From IMG/VR virus record IMGVR_UViG_3300036762_000065, positions 96,001-160,000 of that record: a stretch of 64,000 nt of DNA; one strand, given 5' to 3'. This DNA comes from a virus (taxonomy: Duplodnaviria > Caudoviricetes). The position numbers were made by a program, and so were the translations under genes. The notes below the pieces were generated by a model. The model saw only the letters and a list, made by a program, of their open reading frames with translations, was not told the origin of the DNA and made no database searches. Below, piece by piece: positions 36,300-47,253 of this stretch. Position 1 is the stretch's first letter. Each line of letters opens with the position of its first letter.

Positions 36300-39200
36300 T
36301 TATACTACCTGTATGTTTGATACAGTGCCGCTACTAGGCCAAATATCATATAGTTCAGAACTAATACGCCAGAAAAAGCGAGTAACGTTTTGCGAACTGT
36401 AATAATTTAATACAGCATCCTCTGCATAATATCTGCCTATATTGGAGATTTCCATATAATTAAAACTTTGCAATGGTACGTTACCGCTTAAAATGATTTC
36501 AATGTTTGTGTCTAAAGTATTTCTGTCTCTTTTTACCAGTATGGCCTTTATCAATCTGCCATTAACGGATGCTCCGTTCAACATAGCGCCCATTGCAGGG
36601 TGAATGCCAGAAATTAACGCTGAATACCCTTTTCTATCTACAGTAGCCCCTGATGTATTTAATGCTGTTGTTATGCTAGTGTTTGCACTAAATATTTCTG
36701 TGCTAATACTAGCTTGTACTGTGTTTGTAGGGAAAGCTAATCCTGTTATGTTGTTACCTGCAGCATGTTTAGATGTAGAGTCTCCACCGTTTTTGTATTT
36801 TGATACGTCCCAAGTAAAGTCTGTATGTTGTCCGCTTCCGGCGTTACCTATTGATGCAGTCTGTGAGGAGTATGTACCCCAACCAGGTATACGTATAGCT
36901 CCTATGTCGGAGTTAGTCAGCCCCTGCTGGTGCAATTGTAGCCAAAATTTATCTCCTGTTGCACCGAGCGTCGGACTACCTGATGAGTAGCAACCTATAG
37001 CAGTTATCTCAGGTACGCCTTGCGTACCGGTGTTTATAGCTGCGCCTATTCTTCTGATTGTCGGATAATTAACAAACCCGTTAGCTTCTGAAGTCCCTAA
37101 GTTCACAGGAGCTGAGGCAGGTAAGATAACAAGATCCGTATCTGAATACCATGCCTGGTTATTCATTTCCACACTGATGAAACCGTCGTTGCTGATTAAA
37201 TCATACTGATCAGCAGTTATAGTCCAGCTATATATAGTTTCTCCTTGGACGCTGTACTCCTTGGCACTAGACGAGTACAGTAGAGTTCCTATACGGTGTA
37301 CGTATATAGAATCAAAAAGATCAAAAGACAGTCTCTCGCCTTCGAAAACTATTCTAATAGTATACGTATTAGAATAGTTCCTGTAAATAATAACCTCTAT
37401 GGTGTCTAACCCTATATGTATAGGACTGTCTATAGTGCCTCCTTGATCAGGTGCAGGAATAGTAAAATTCTGCGAATTAAATGTTTCATACCAGTTTCTC
37501 CAGAAACCGTATACATCATGACGAGAAACCCCGTTAGTGTCGTAGTTTGCACTGTCTCCTGTTACAACACTTCTATTAGTAAGAGTCTGTGCTGGTATAG
37601 TGCCGCCAATCCACTTCATTTGAAAAACAACGCTCTGTGTGTAAAGAGCATTAGCAGAATTGAACAACTCCTGGCCTATAGGCCACACCCACGCAGAATC
37701 AGTGCCTAAGAAAGTAGGTTGAAAGTTACCTCCCTGTAGATTATCTGTATAGAATCGACCTACGCCTTTTATTTCTATGTAATCAAAGTGATTTTGAGGC
37801 AACCCAGTCTGCCGCAAAGATAAGTATAACAATCTTGTATTGGAGCCAGTGTCTTGATAAAAGATGATAGTACCTAACTGCACACCGTTTACCAGATCGT
37901 TAGCTTGTATGCTATCTCCAGTAAGCTGGGAATGTCCGACGCTAGGATGAACGTAGCCTGCCCACGTCTGTGTAGCATTAGATGTACGTCCTACTGTAAG
38001 ACGTTTGTTGAATACTGCCGACCTTAAGTCTAAATTAATTACAGTAGGAATAACAGGGAAGTTTAAACCTGATTTGTTGTTTGCAAATTTACTGATATCC
38101 CACTCCCACTGACAATGTGAGTTAGAAGCATTATTAGTGAGAGTCGCGGAATCCGAAGCTAAATCCGCAAAGTTTGGAATACGCACACACCCGAATATAT
38201 TTTTAGGTATATCAACAGCATTCAATTGAATACGAAATTTATCATCTCCTCCTAACGTACTGTTTACAGGACTGTAACAGTCTATTGCCGTTATTTCGTA
38301 TGAAGGTATTTGTGTGTCTGTATTTAAGCAGGCACCTACATGAAAATTGTTGAAGTACCTGGAGAATCCTTTATAGTCTCTGCCTGAAACAGCATAATCT
38401 CTACCGGCTTGTGTTGGCAATAAAACCAAGTCTACGTTGCTTGTCCAGTTTTGATTGTTTATCTCTACACTGATACCACCGTCTGCAATTATCTGGTTAT
38501 ACTGAAATGCTGATATATTCCAGCGCCAGTATGTACGTAAGTTGTCTGTAGTGACAAACGAACTTGTTTCGCCAGAAAGAAGCACACCCAGACGAAATAC
38601 AGTTAACGAATCGAATAAATCTTGGGCTAATCCTGCTCCTTCTACGGCAAAGCTAAAATAATACTCGTCCGCATTTCCTACATTGCCGTGATCTCTAAAA
38701 ACAACAGCTTGTTGTACTATCAAACCGTTTTGTATTGTATCAGTGCTGATACTGCCTCCGTCTGCGGATGCTGGCTCCGTCTGTGTAGGCAGATCGTTGA
38801 ATCCTGACCAATAGCCTGTAATATCATACGTGTTGTTCGAAGTATAGCTTTCGCTGGCAGAAGTTATTAAAATACGCTCGTCCAAGGACTGTATTGGAGG
38901 ATATTCTAGTATAGGACCTGCTTCTTTACCTTCAAACACAAGCTGTACTTTTAAATTATTGCCTGTCTTAATACTACCTACTTGTGTTATATCTAAACTA
39001 AAAACATCATTGACTTCTCCTGTAACATACAGAGGATCAGTAGTGCCAGTATTATAGACGGTTCCTATGTTAGCGCCCGGTGCTATATAAATGTCGGCTA
39101 CATTAACGCCATTTTTCTTCAACAGAGCTAACACAGGACTGCCTGTAGGAGAATCCCCTATTGTTGCATTTGCACCAGTTATTGTGATTGGAGAAGCGGC

Positions 39201-39329
39201 TTTATATCTACATGCGTTATTTCTTACAGCAAAGCCTGTTGACATATCTACCAACACACTATCCTGTACGACACTAAGAAATGATATATCAGCACCTAGG
39301 CCGACTTTAATTACGTTATCGAATTTCAT
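36300..39329 (-). CDS. Large tail-appendage/receptor-binding protein with internal duplication
   Basis: N-terminal LKKNG...QVGS adaptor domain plus two related modules of about 430 aa (DLFDS...RLG/RIG...W.I...ISVE.NNQ.W). Confidence 0.65.
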   Translation of the reverse strand: MKFDNVIKVGLGADISFLSVVQDSVLVDMSTGFAVRNNACRYKAASPITITGANATIGDSPTGSPVLALLKKNGVNVADIYIAPGANIGTVYNTGTTDPLYVTGEVNDVFSLDITQVGSIKTGNNLKVQLVFEGKEAGPILEYPPIQSLDERILITSASESYTSNNTYDITGYWSGFNDLPTQTEPASADGGSISTDTIQNGLIVQQAVVFRDHGNVGNADEYYFSFAVEGAGLAQDLFDSLTVFRLGVLLSGETSSFVTTDNLRTYWRWNISAFQYNQIIADGGISVEINNQNWTSNVDLVLLPTQAGRDYAVSGRDYKGFSRYFNNFHVGACLNTDTQIPSYEITAIDCYSPVNSTLGGDDKFRIQLNAVDIPKNIFGCVRIPNFADLASDSATLTNNASNSHCQWEWDISKFANNKSGLNFPVIPTVINLDLRSAVFNKRLTVGRTSNATQTWAGYVHPSVGHSQLTGDSIQANDLVNGVQLGTIIFYQDTGSNTRLLYLSLRQTGLPQNHFDYIEIKGVGRFYTDNLQGGNFQPTFLGTDSAWVWPIGQELFNSANALYTQSVVFQMKWIGGTIPAQTLTNRSVVTGDSANYDTNGVSRHDVYGFWRNWYETFNSQNFTIPAPDQGGTIDSPIHIGLDTIEVIIYRNYSNTYTIRIVFEGERLSFDLFDSIYVHRIGTLLYSSSAKEYSVQGETIYSWTITADQYDLISNDGFISVEMNNQAWYSDTDLVILPASAPVNLGTSEANGFVNYPTIRRIGAAINTGTQGVPEITAIGCYSSGSPTLGATGDKFWLQLHQQGLTNSDIGAIRIPGWGTYSSQTASIGNAGSGQHTDFTWDVSKYKNGGDSTSKHAAGNNITGLAFPTNTVQASISTEIFSANTSITTALNTSGATVDRKGYSALISGIHPAMGAMLNGASVNGRLIKAILVKRDRNTLDTNIEIILSGNVPLQSFNYMEISNIGRYYAEDAVLNYYSSQNVTRFFWRISSELYDIWPSSGTVSNIQVV

Positions 39330-39337
39330 GATATTAC

Positions 39338-39733
39338 CTACACTACGGAATAATTTATCTGCACAACAAGATCGCGACCTTGGAACGTAGTACCTACTTG
39401 CAACACATCTACAGAAATATTATCTGTATTAGTCAGAGAGGAGCTTGTTAGGCTACCTACAGGTACCGTAATTTCAACATCTCCTGCAGGTAATACAATA
39501 GGACTGTCTATCAAAGCAATGCCGTTCTTTTTAATACTGATCTGTATGTCATTACCTATTGCCGCAGCACCTACAGACACAACTATATCTGTAATAGCAA
39601 TATGAGCGTTCGGATACCAACGACTGAAATTATTAGACACACTCAGGTTGCCTGAAAACACAATAGACTTGGAGCCTATCAAGCCTGTTGTTATGTTGGT
39701 ATTCGGTAAAGCGTTAAGTCCATCCACTAGCAT
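39338..39733 (-). CDS. Stand-alone adaptor-domain virion protein
   Basis: IKKNG...VLQVGT...G.DL.VQINY. Confidence 0.65.
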   Translation of the reverse strand: MLVDGLNALPNTNITTGLIGSKSIVFSGNLSVSNNFSRWYPNAHIAITDIVVSVGAAAIGNDIQISIKKNGIALIDSPIVLPAGDVEITVPVGSLTSSSLTNTDNISVDVLQVGTTFQGRDLVVQINYSVV

Positions 39734-39742
39734 AATATACTC

Positions 39743-41461
39743 CTACGGATTGATGTAAAACATAATAGCTGGCGAAGTACTTGGCCATTCTGTGAACTTC
39801 TGAAGGCTGATATGCCAAATGAAACGAGTGTTGTTATTAGCTACAAAATTTGTTATTTCTGCATCCTGTACATAGAATCTTCCAAATCCGTCTATATCAA
39901 TCCAACTGAAAAGCGTGTTATTGTGTTGTCCGTCGAAGGCTATTTGGAACAAGATGCCCGCATCATTAGCTCGTGCGTCTACAACACCAAGTCTATTTAT
40001 TATTTCAGATCCTTGCCAGTTCCTGGAACTAATAGATCCTACACCTGTTTGATATCCTGTTGCCGCCTGATAAAACTTGTAATTATTGGAGTTGGACGTA
40101 AGAGTACCCATAGTTACACTTCTGTTGTAAGTGTAGAATTCCGTATCTATAGTAACAACAGCTTTAGTCAAATCTACAGCAGTTTTAGGCATAACATAAG
40201 GTTGTTCTCTACTCAATGTCCAATACCATGCAGTAGACGCAAAGTCGCTCAAATATTGAAAATCCCCGGGAATAGAAGCAGACCCTGCAAATACACCAAA
40301 CCCTTCTATTCTAACAGCCCCTAAAAATGTCTTGGCTCTATTTCCAGACAAGAAAACAGACAACACTTCACCAGTACCGTTAAATGCTCCGTTGGTTGGC
40401 ACACTTGTTTTATATATAGCTAAATAACGACATACACTTCCATTAAAATCATTATTCAGTAGCATACCTATTTGACCGCGTGCGGACAGGTAGTTAATGT
40501 TAGATGTACCAACTAGACCCTTAAACCCTGTCAACCTATATGCACCGTCTAAAATAGGAGTGCATGGAATCAACATTGATTCCGTTGTTTCTAAATCTGG
40601 ATTTTTCTTAATTCGTATATTATCTGTAGGACTCGCTTTAAATGATTTAAACTGGTCGTCTGTTAAATTCCAACACCAGGTTGTCATGTTTGTATTCTGC
40701 GTCTGTCCGTAGAATGCCATGTCAGGAGATGATAATCTTCCTAGACTCTCTATGTAGATATCGTCAAAATACTGCTCCGGTATATAAGCACCTTGTATAC
40801 ATATATTCAAATGGTAGGTATTGGCTGTTTTGTTATGATATGCTAGTATCTCTTTAATACGCAATCCACTGACAAAATCACCACTTATCGTTCCAAAAGA
40901 TGCCGCAGCAGGAACTTGCATTAGCGTATATGACAACCTGTCTTCAGCATACCCGTTGAATTCGTAGGTATTAACCGCATCAGCAGCATTTATATTTAAT
41001 GCTTTGGTGAAGGCTATACTGTCGAAGAAAGTGTTGTTTAGAATCTGGGTTAATGTTGTGCTAGGGTCATGTATCGTCTGATAGTTTATCTGTACATTTA
41101 TGTTGCTACCAGGCACTGTCGAACCAACTTGCTTCACTTCAACTTGGAGTTTATCTCCAGCAATTACGTCTTTTGTGAGTAATTGTGAGGTGTTTACAAA
41201 AACATAACTGCTTCCTTGTGGAATTACAATGGTGTTTTGTAGTATAGACACACCATTTTTCTTTAAGACAAGTATTATGTCACTTCCAGAAGGAGGTACG
41301 CTTAGGGATATATGAATACCTGCTATAATACAATCTTCAAAAGATATCCATAGCAAACTATCTTCATTGGCGTTTAGCGTACCTTGAATACCTAGATCAA
41401 CGCTGCCTGATACGCCTACTATCTGAGCGTATTCTGATAAAGTCAAACTATCTACGTACAT
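39743..41461 (-). CDS. Tail-appendage/receptor-binding protein (adaptor plus one module)
   Basis: LKKNG...VKQVGS adaptor; homologous to one half of 36300-39329. Confidence 0.65.
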   Translation of the reverse strand: MYVDSLTLSEYAQIVGVSGSVDLGIQGTLNANEDSLLWISFEDCIIAGIHISLSVPPSGSDIILVLKKNGVSILQNTIVIPQGSSYVFVNTSQLLTKDVIAGDKLQVEVKQVGSTVPGSNINVQINYQTIHDPSTTLTQILNNTFFDSIAFTKALNINAADAVNTYEFNGYAEDRLSYTLMQVPAAASFGTISGDFVSGLRIKEILAYHNKTANTYHLNICIQGAYIPEQYFDDIYIESLGRLSSPDMAFYGQTQNTNMTTWCWNLTDDQFKSFKASPTDNIRIKKNPDLETTESMLIPCTPILDGAYRLTGFKGLVGTSNINYLSARGQIGMLLNNDFNGSVCRYLAIYKTSVPTNGAFNGTGEVLSVFLSGNRAKTFLGAVRIEGFGVFAGSASIPGDFQYLSDFASTAWYWTLSREQPYVMPKTAVDLTKAVVTIDTEFYTYNRSVTMGTLTSNSNNYKFYQAATGYQTGVGSISSRNWQGSEIINRLGVVDARANDAGILFQIAFDGQHNNTLFSWIDIDGFGRFYVQDAEITNFVANNNTRFIWHISLQKFTEWPSTSPAIMFYINP

Positions 41462-41488
41462 ATTGTTTTACCGAGTTTGTAGGGAAAC

Positions 41489-41524
41489 AAAAAACGGGTA
41501 TGGAGTCGAAACTCACATACCCGT
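41489..41524 (-). terminator. Rho-independent terminator (UUCG loop)
   Basis: Minus strand ACGGGTATGTGAGT-TTCG-ACTCCATACCCGT followed by TTTTT. Confidence 0.85.
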
Positions 41525-41527
41525 ATT

Positions 41528-42097
41528 CTAGGCTAATGAGCCTGCAAATGTATACGAAACATCAGCTAATGTAGAGTCTGCCGGAGTAGGTGCTACTACA
41601 ATAAGAGATTCTCCGGTAGTAACATACATAGGATTAGACCCTACTTGAGAGAATGTTCCTACAGTATTACCTGCTTCAAATATTATACTTCCTATAGTAG
41701 CTTCAGTACCTTGGCGTGATATTTTCTTTATACTTAAAGTGGTTTGTGCTGTTGCTCCTACTACAGAACGGGCTAAACACCCTTCAAACCCTATCTTTAT
41801 AACAAAGCTTCTAACTGCCAGTGCTCTTGATAGTACAGTACCTGATGACATTGTACCGACAACCTGGCCACCTACATCATAAGGCACTGCACTGTTATCA
41901 GGACTGTTTGATATCCAGTCAACATCGGTAGCGTTGTATGTATATATACCAGGATTCTTTCCGTTATATAGTTCAGTTAGTTCAAAAACATCACCTTGAG
42001 AAGGGCTGCCTGGAAAAGCAACTCCTCGTTTTGTAGCATCCAGCACCGTTTTACTTATGTTACTACCGTCAGCAAGTAAAATACCATCTATCAACAT
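41528..42097 (-). CDS. Virion fibre-associated protein
   Basis: FPGSPSQGD...YTY....W motif plus a divergent adaptor domain. Confidence 0.6.
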   Translation of the reverse strand: MLIDGILLADGSNISKTVLDATKRGVAFPGSPSQGDVFELTELYNGKNPGIYTYNATDVDWISNSPDNSAVPYDVGGQVVGTMSSGTVLSRALAVRSFVIKIGFEGCLARSVVGATAQTTLSIKKISRQGTEATIGSIIFEAGNTVGTFSQVGSNPMYVTTGESLIVVAPTPADSTLADVSYTFAGSLA

Positions 42098-42108
42098 AAC
42101 ATTTCCCC

Positions 42109-42327
42109 CTAGTGAATAGAACAGGTACCTGTTCTAGCGACGGACCATGTTATTTTAACGTTCATTGAGTCTATTGCTTCGACAGATACAGGTAAAACCT
42201 TTTGGACCTTTAAATCAATCGTTACATGACAATCACAAACCGGAGAGAGTGTATTCAAATTATGAGTTATGATCCACTCGGTCGCTGCTTCGGTTTGCTC
42301 ATGGTAGTGCTTATAAGAAGCATTCAT
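42109..42327 (-). CDS. Small fibre protein (W.I.HNL repeat)
   Basis: HEQ..A..EWIITHNL. Confidence 0.65.
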   Translation of the reverse strand: MNASYKHYHEQTEAATEWIITHNLNTLSPVCDCHVTIDLKVQKVLPVSVEAIDSMNVKITWSVARTGTCSIH

Positions 42328-42339
42328 GATATCTCTCCG

Positions 42340-42939
42340 TTAGATACAGCGAACCGTTCCGGTTTGCGGGTTAGTAAATGTAACTGTGGTTTGGTTAACA
42401 GTATCGTGAGCAACAGACAAAGGCTGAACTTCAGAATTACCTATGAATACTCGCGTAATAGGATTATATCCAAGCCCGTGCGTAACAACCCAAGTAGTAG
42501 AAGGGGTGTTAAACACTTGCTCATGGGCAATGTTAGCTCTTGGATGTCCTTCTGTATTACCTAACTGTAGAATAGCTTTACCTGCTTGCGCGTTGGTAAA
42601 AGTAATAACAGTTTGATTATACGTCTGTACAATATTATCTGCAATGATGTGATTATTCGAAGTGTCTAGCACTTGAACCATAGCGCTCGCAGTTTCCAAA
42701 GCGTGGTTGATTGTCCATGTAGTGGAAGCTAAACTTTGGCTATGTACATGTGTATTAAGCTCGTTAGTTAGAGGAGCCCATAGTGGAATACCTCCATCTA
42801 TTTCTACACACATCATAACGCGCTTATCTTTAAAGATAACTTGCCCGGCTTTTGAAACTGTCGGGAAGTTTACAACAGACTCCAGAACAATGTTTTTCAA
42901 CAAGTTCTGAGACATATCAATGTTACCTAATGCTTTCAT
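42340..42939 (-). CDS. Fibre protein with two W.(I/V).H.L repeats
   Basis: TTWTINHAL and TTWVVTHGLG repeats. Confidence 0.65.
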   Translation of the reverse strand: MKALGNIDMSQNLLKNIVLESVVNFPTVSKAGQVIFKDKRVMMCVEIDGGIPLWAPLTNELNTHVHSQSLASTTWTINHALETASAMVQVLDTSNNHIIADNIVQTYNQTVITFTNAQAGKAILQLGNTEGHPRANIAHEQVFNTPSTTWVVTHGLGYNPITRVFIGNSEVQPLSVAHDTVNQTTVTFTNPQTGTVRCI

Positions 42940-42960
42940 AACAAATCCTCAACGTAGTAG

Positions 42961-42986
42961 AAAAGGGTGGAGCTATAGCTCCACCC
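42961..42986 (-). terminator. Rho-independent terminator
   Basis: GGGTGGAGCT-AT-AGCTCCACCC followed by TTTT on the minus strand. Confidence 0.8.
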
Positions 42987-43001
42987 GATCATGTTAACTG
43001 T

Positions 43002-44702
43002 TTATACTTTTAAACCGTTAACAACTACTCGACAAGTTTCAGCGTTTGAAAATGTAACAACAAGGCTGTTAGCATCTGTAAAACTTACTGACTCAGGAAT
43101 AACAACTTCACCTGTGGAGTCGATTACAGTTACGCCAACATATTGAGTTCCCATGTTGTGTGTAACTGTATGGGTTGTTGAAGGAGTTACGGTCTCCGCA
43201 TACAAGAAGTAACCGGCACCTAGCTTACTGTCAAGATCGGTGATAGCTTGGTTGATAACAACAACGCCTGCGTCGTAGTGACCTTTAGAGATTGCAGTAG
43301 TAGCTGATGAACCGCTTTGATCATTAGAAGACAAGATCAAGTCACCAGTCATTGCTTGAGCACCGTCACGATACATAACGCGATTACGCATTTCAGCATC
43401 ATCAACAAATACACCAGTACCGTCTACAGTCAGGCCGCTTGATGCAGGAGTCAATACAGACAACGCACTACCGCCAGCGCCTTGTAAACCATTGCCGACG
43501 ATAGAAGTATTCAACATACCTTCTACAATACCAGCAGTGTTTACTTTCAGACCGCTTGCAGTTGTTGCCATACCGCCGGCAGCATCAATCTTAATAGAAA
43601 GCTGTGCAGCAGTATTGGTAGATACAGTAGAGCCGTCTTCAGTATTGAACAAACCGCCTGTAGCAGAACAATCAACACCGACTTCATCTGTAGGTAACTG
43701 ACCGATACCAGCACCGAGATTTACGTTGATAGTGTTACCGCTCTTAACAAGGCCTACACCTGCATTCAACGCATCCAAGCCGCCGAACTGACCCCAAGCT
43801 GTTCCGTTAAAGTACTGCCAGCTTCCTGTATCACGATCCCATGCCAAAGTACCTTCACCTTGTACAGAAACATCATACACAACTTGGAAGTCCGTGCCGT
43901 CAAACTCAACGATATCGCCATCTGCAACACCTGCAATAGTACCGAAGTTAGTGTGCAGTGCTCCTACGTCCGTAAGAATATAACGGTCACCGGTGGTTGG
44001 TGTGGCTGTAGGATCAAGAAGTGCATCAACTTGAACAGCAAGCACATCACCTTGGAAATCCAGACCTGCAAGTGCAGATTGCATTTGAGCCAAGTTGACT
44101 GCATCGGTAGGGTTTACAGCAGCAGCAATATTTGTAATTGAGTTGCCACCCATAACCAAGTTGCCGCTCATAGAGTCGCCGACTTTGTTTACAGGTACAT
44201 AACCCAATGCAGCTTCTTTACCGTCGATTTGACCTTGGATTGCAGAAGTAACACCTGCAAGGAACTCAATCTCAGCTGCCGTAGTAGAAGTAGCAGAAAT
44301 CAACTTACCACTAGCACTTGAAACAGTAGCCATACTGTTAGTCAAGTTTGTAGCTACCAAGTCAGATGTAGCACCTGTCAGATTGTCTTGCTTTAGTGCA
44401 AGTGCAGTATCCAAGTGGCCTTTAGAAACAGCACCGGTTGCAGCAGCTCCGCTTTGGTCATTGCTGTCCAAAGTAAGTTCGCCTGTCATAGATACGGTAC
44501 CATCATGCTTGATATAAGCACTTAGGTCACCGCCACCAGTAGCAATAATATGAGTAGTAGTACCATCATAATACTTCAAAGCTTTAGATGTAGTATTATA
44601 CCACATTTGCGACTCTGCAGGGCTACCTGGGTCAGCAACCAAATTGTCGATTTTTAAGTCTTTGACTTGACCATCAATAGATAGATTACCATTAACGCGC
44701 AT
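43002..44702 (-). CDS. Major fibre/whisker or head-decoration-type virion protein
   Basis: DG...MTG.L repeats, DAVNLAQ, GDRYI...W motif, C-terminal THNMG repeat; flanked by its own terminator. Confidence 0.65.
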   Translation of the reverse strand: MRVNGNLSIDGQVKDLKIDNLVADPGSPAESQMWYNTTSKALKYYDGTTTHIIATGGGDLSAYIKHDGTVSMTGELTLDSNDQSGAAATGAVSKGHLDTALALKQDNLTGATSDLVATNLTNSMATVSSASGKLISATSTTAAEIEFLAGVTSAIQGQIDGKEAALGYVPVNKVGDSMSGNLVMGGNSITNIAAAVNPTDAVNLAQMQSALAGLDFQGDVLAVQVDALLDPTATPTTGDRYILTDVGALHTNFGTIAGVADGDIVEFDGTDFQVVYDVSVQGEGTLAWDRDTGSWQYFNGTAWGQFGGLDALNAGVGLVKSGNTINVNLGAGIGQLPTDEVGVDCSATGGLFNTEDGSTVSTNTAAQLSIKIDAAGGMATTASGLKVNTAGIVEGMLNTSIVGNGLQGAGGSALSVLTPASSGLTVDGTGVFVDDAEMRNRVMYRDGAQAMTGDLILSSNDQSGSSATTAISKGHYDAGVVVINQAITDLDSKLGAGYFLYAETVTPSTTHTVTHNMGTQYVGVTVIDSTGEVVIPESVSFTDANSLVVTFSNAETCRVVVNGLKV

Positions 44703-44812
44703 TAGTTAATACTCCTGATTTACATGTAATTAAGTGTACTTTTGCACACAGTATTAAATTAGTAACTGTAAAAAAAATATATACAACAACTAATGTTAAA
44801 TAAGGTAAAGAT

Positions 44813-45679
44813 TTAAGTGCCTGATACAGGCTGCACCTTTACGATTCCTATTATAGGAATAGCGAAAACAACACTAACATTATTACTGTCAAGTACTTCT
44901 ATTTCGGCAGGTATAACCATTTTGTTGTTGTTGTCAAACACTTGAACAAGTACATTACTACTATCCAAGTTGTGGGCAACTTCCCATGTCACTTCTGCAA
45001 CAGATTGAGCATGTACATAGCCGTTTGTGTCTGTAAAACCTTCAAGTGCAAGAATTCTATTTTCATGGTTAACGTTTACTTTAGTCTTTAGTATGTTTAA
45101 CTGGTTTATAACATACGAAAGTCCTTGCGAAAATCCGCCGAACCGTGTCTCTAGCGCACCTACTAAGCTTTGTATCCAACTCTTAGCAACAACCTCGTTC
45201 GCTCCGAAGTCATTTCCTGGAACATCTGTTCTTACTGTTAGAGGTCCTGTTAAGTCTCCTCCTTCAGAAGACAGCGCCCCTATTTGTTGTGCTGTAGTTC
45301 TATGAGGGTTGTCTATGTTGTTACTGTGGTCTATGTGGTCTTGATCGCCAGGTTCCGGTATGTCCCAAACCTGAGGAGGCACAAAGAAAGATGCGTATGT
45401 TGTTAATTGATTCCAAGTGTGTGAATAAGAAGCTGAAGCAATACGAGACTGCCTCTTTAATATCTTGCCGTAGTCGACATTCTGGCTATCCGCTACTAGC
45501 CAAACAATATTAAGAGGTGCTGTTACGTTGTAGGGTTCTGTAAAAGAAACAACAACTTGTGTATTTTCATACGAAGTAGGTGCCTCTAAAACTAAGGATA
45601 TTGCTTTTGTACTAGATAACCCCTTGCTGCCAGCAACATCAAACAACCTAGCTATAAGTTGTTCTAGTTCTGGGTCCAT
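44813..45679 (-). CDS. Fibre protein
   Basis: H..N.DNPH.TTAQQIGA fibre motif, GG.LTGPL, W.VAHNL repeat. Confidence 0.65.
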   Translation of the reverse strand: MDPELEQLIARLFDVAGSKGLSSTKAISLVLEAPTSYENTQVVVSFTEPYNVTAPLNIVWLVADSQNVDYGKILKRQSRIASASYSHTWNQLTTYASFFVPPQVWDIPEPGDQDHIDHSNNIDNPHRTTAQQIGALSSEGGDLTGPLTVRTDVPGNDFGANEVVAKSWIQSLVGALETRFGGFSQGLSYVINQLNILKTKVNVNHENRILALEGFTDTNGYVHAQSVAEVTWEVAHNLDSSNVLVQVFDNNNKMVIPAEIEVLDSNNVSVVFAIPIIGIVKVQPVSGT

Positions 45680-45738
45680 GGAGATATTCCTCTATGTGTG
45701 GTTTGACGTTACTCAAATAAATTATATTTATTTTCATG

Positions 45739-46251
45739 TTAAATAGCAGTTGTTTGAATATTTTTCAATTCATTCATTCGGGTTAGGTAAATATCGTCTG
45801 CGCACATACGAACACTATAAATCTGTTTAGCTATATCTTGCAATGTAGCTATATCAACCTCTTTTAATGTCCTTGTCCCGTTAATCATACAGTGTATTTT
45901 AGGCACGAAGTTTTTGTCTAAGCTACATATGTTTAATGCTAGATTGAGTTCCATAAGAGCCGAGTCGTCTGACATCCAGCAGATACCGCTTTCATCAACA
46001 TAGCCTCGTATTTTACTGTCAACACAACATCGTTTATGTTCGTCTTCTGTTTCTTGGATACTACTATCTACAGTAGGTTTACTGACATTCAACAGCATCC
46101 TATTTTTTATAATAAACTGTGAAGGGTTCTTTACAATCATATCGCGCTTTTGTGCAGAGACAGGTATATTAGGTGTTTTTAACGTGTGTTTGTCGGCATT
46201 TAGTATCGCCAATATATCTCCGCTTTCTTCATCGTAATGTAAAAAGTACAT
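45739..46251 (-). CDS. Tail fibre assembly chaperone (DUF4376-like)
   Basis: MYFLHYD..SG.I; lies immediately downstream of a fibre gene. Confidence 0.5.
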   Translation of the reverse strand: MYFLHYDEESGDILAILNADKHTLKTPNIPVSAQKRDMIVKNPSQFIIKNRMLLNVSKPTVDSSIQETEDEHKRCCVDSKIRGYVDESGICWMSDDSALMELNLALNICSLDKNFVPKIHCMINGTRTLKEVDIATLQDIAKQIYSVRMCADDIYLTRMNELKNIQTTAI

Positions 46252-46253
46252 TC

Positions 46254-47063
46254 TTATCTCCCTAGTGCTATCCAATATAAATCCCAACCAGACATCGCTA
46301 CAGGTCTAGTACCTCCAAGTCCATCAGGCTCTGTAGCAAGTAAACTTGTTGAAACACCTAATTCACAATAGCCTGCATTAAAGCTATTGATATATACTTT
46401 GTTGGCTACGTTACTCGTAGGGTTTACCCACTGTAAAATTATAGCTCTTGGACTTGTGTCAGAGAATGCTTCTGGAAACAATATACGTTTAAAGTTTCCA
46501 GGTACTGCATCGGTGAATCTCCCCCAAGAAAGAATCCTACCTGTACTTAGTGTCTCGTATGAGCTTACTGTGCCTGTCACTAGAACAGGAGTAGCGCCGT
46601 TTGCACCAGCTGGACCTTGAGGACCTGTCGGACCTGCTGGACCTTGAGGTCCAGCTGAAGCTGCAGGACCTGTCGGTCCTGCTGGGCCAGTAATACCTTG
46701 AGGACCTCTGTCACCCTTAGGACCTTGACAACCCCTCTCTCCAGGTCTGCCATCAATACCGTTTCTGCCGTTCTGTCCACTAGGTCCTTTAGGTCCTGTA
46801 GAACCTCTTTGACCGACACCTATGTTAGCCGGTGTCATGAATCCTGATATATTTATGACGTTTACTACATTAAATCCATCAGACAAATACAAAGATAATA
46901 TGCCTGTAGTAGCATCATAGTTTCCATCATTTACAAACAGATCGTCACTGCTAGTACTTAGCGATTGAGCCTCTACTGAACTACCGTTAAAGATAAGTTT
47001 ATCGTTAGCTACAGCGTTACTGCCTGCGTCTAACATATCTAATGGTGTTTTTGTTAATGACAT
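46254..47063 (-). CDS. Collagen-like fibre protein with C-terminal gp53-like/H-lectin-like tip
   Basis: About 25 Gly-X-Y triplets; ILSWG...I.FP.AF...W.ALG tip motif. Confidence 0.8.
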   Translation of the reverse strand: MSLTKTPLDMLDAGSNAVANDKLIFNGSSVEAQSLSTSSDDLFVNDGNYDATTGILSLYLSDGFNVVNVINISGFMTPANIGVGQRGSTGPKGPSGQNGRNGIDGRPGERGCQGPKGDRGPQGITGPAGPTGPAASAGPQGPAGPTGPQGPAGANGATPVLVTGTVSSYETLSTGRILSWGRFTDAVPGNFKRILFPEAFSDTSPRAIILQWVNPTSNVANKVYINSFNAGYCELGVSTSLLATEPDGLGGTRPVAMSGWDLYWIALGR

Positions 47064-47075
47064 TCTAATACTCCA

Positions 47076-47243
47076 CTATTTAACGTCTAACCATTGTGTA
47101 CCATCAGCACTACGTACTTTAGTATTGTGAGGACCCATCTGTATGCGTTGTCCGCTACTACTTATAACAGTCCAAGCACCTAAAGAAAAGTTTGTTTGCC
47201 ATGCACTACTTGGGTTTTTTCGTACTTTTAAAACTACAGCCAT
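47076..47243 (-). CDS. Small virion protein
   Basis: LKVR....W motif shared with the N-terminus of the upstream gene; SD AGGAG. Confidence 0.6.
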   Translation of the reverse strand: MAVVLKVRKNPSSAWQTNFSLGAWTVISSSGQRIQMGPHNTKVRSADGTQWLDVK

Positions 47244-47253
47244 TTTAATTCTC

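Noticed and set aside
41300-41317. Internal IHISLS in the 39743-41461 protein matching the leader motif
   Set aside because: It is an internal beta-strand of the adaptor domain, not N-terminal. It shows the hexamer can occur by chance, so only N-terminal occurrences were counted.
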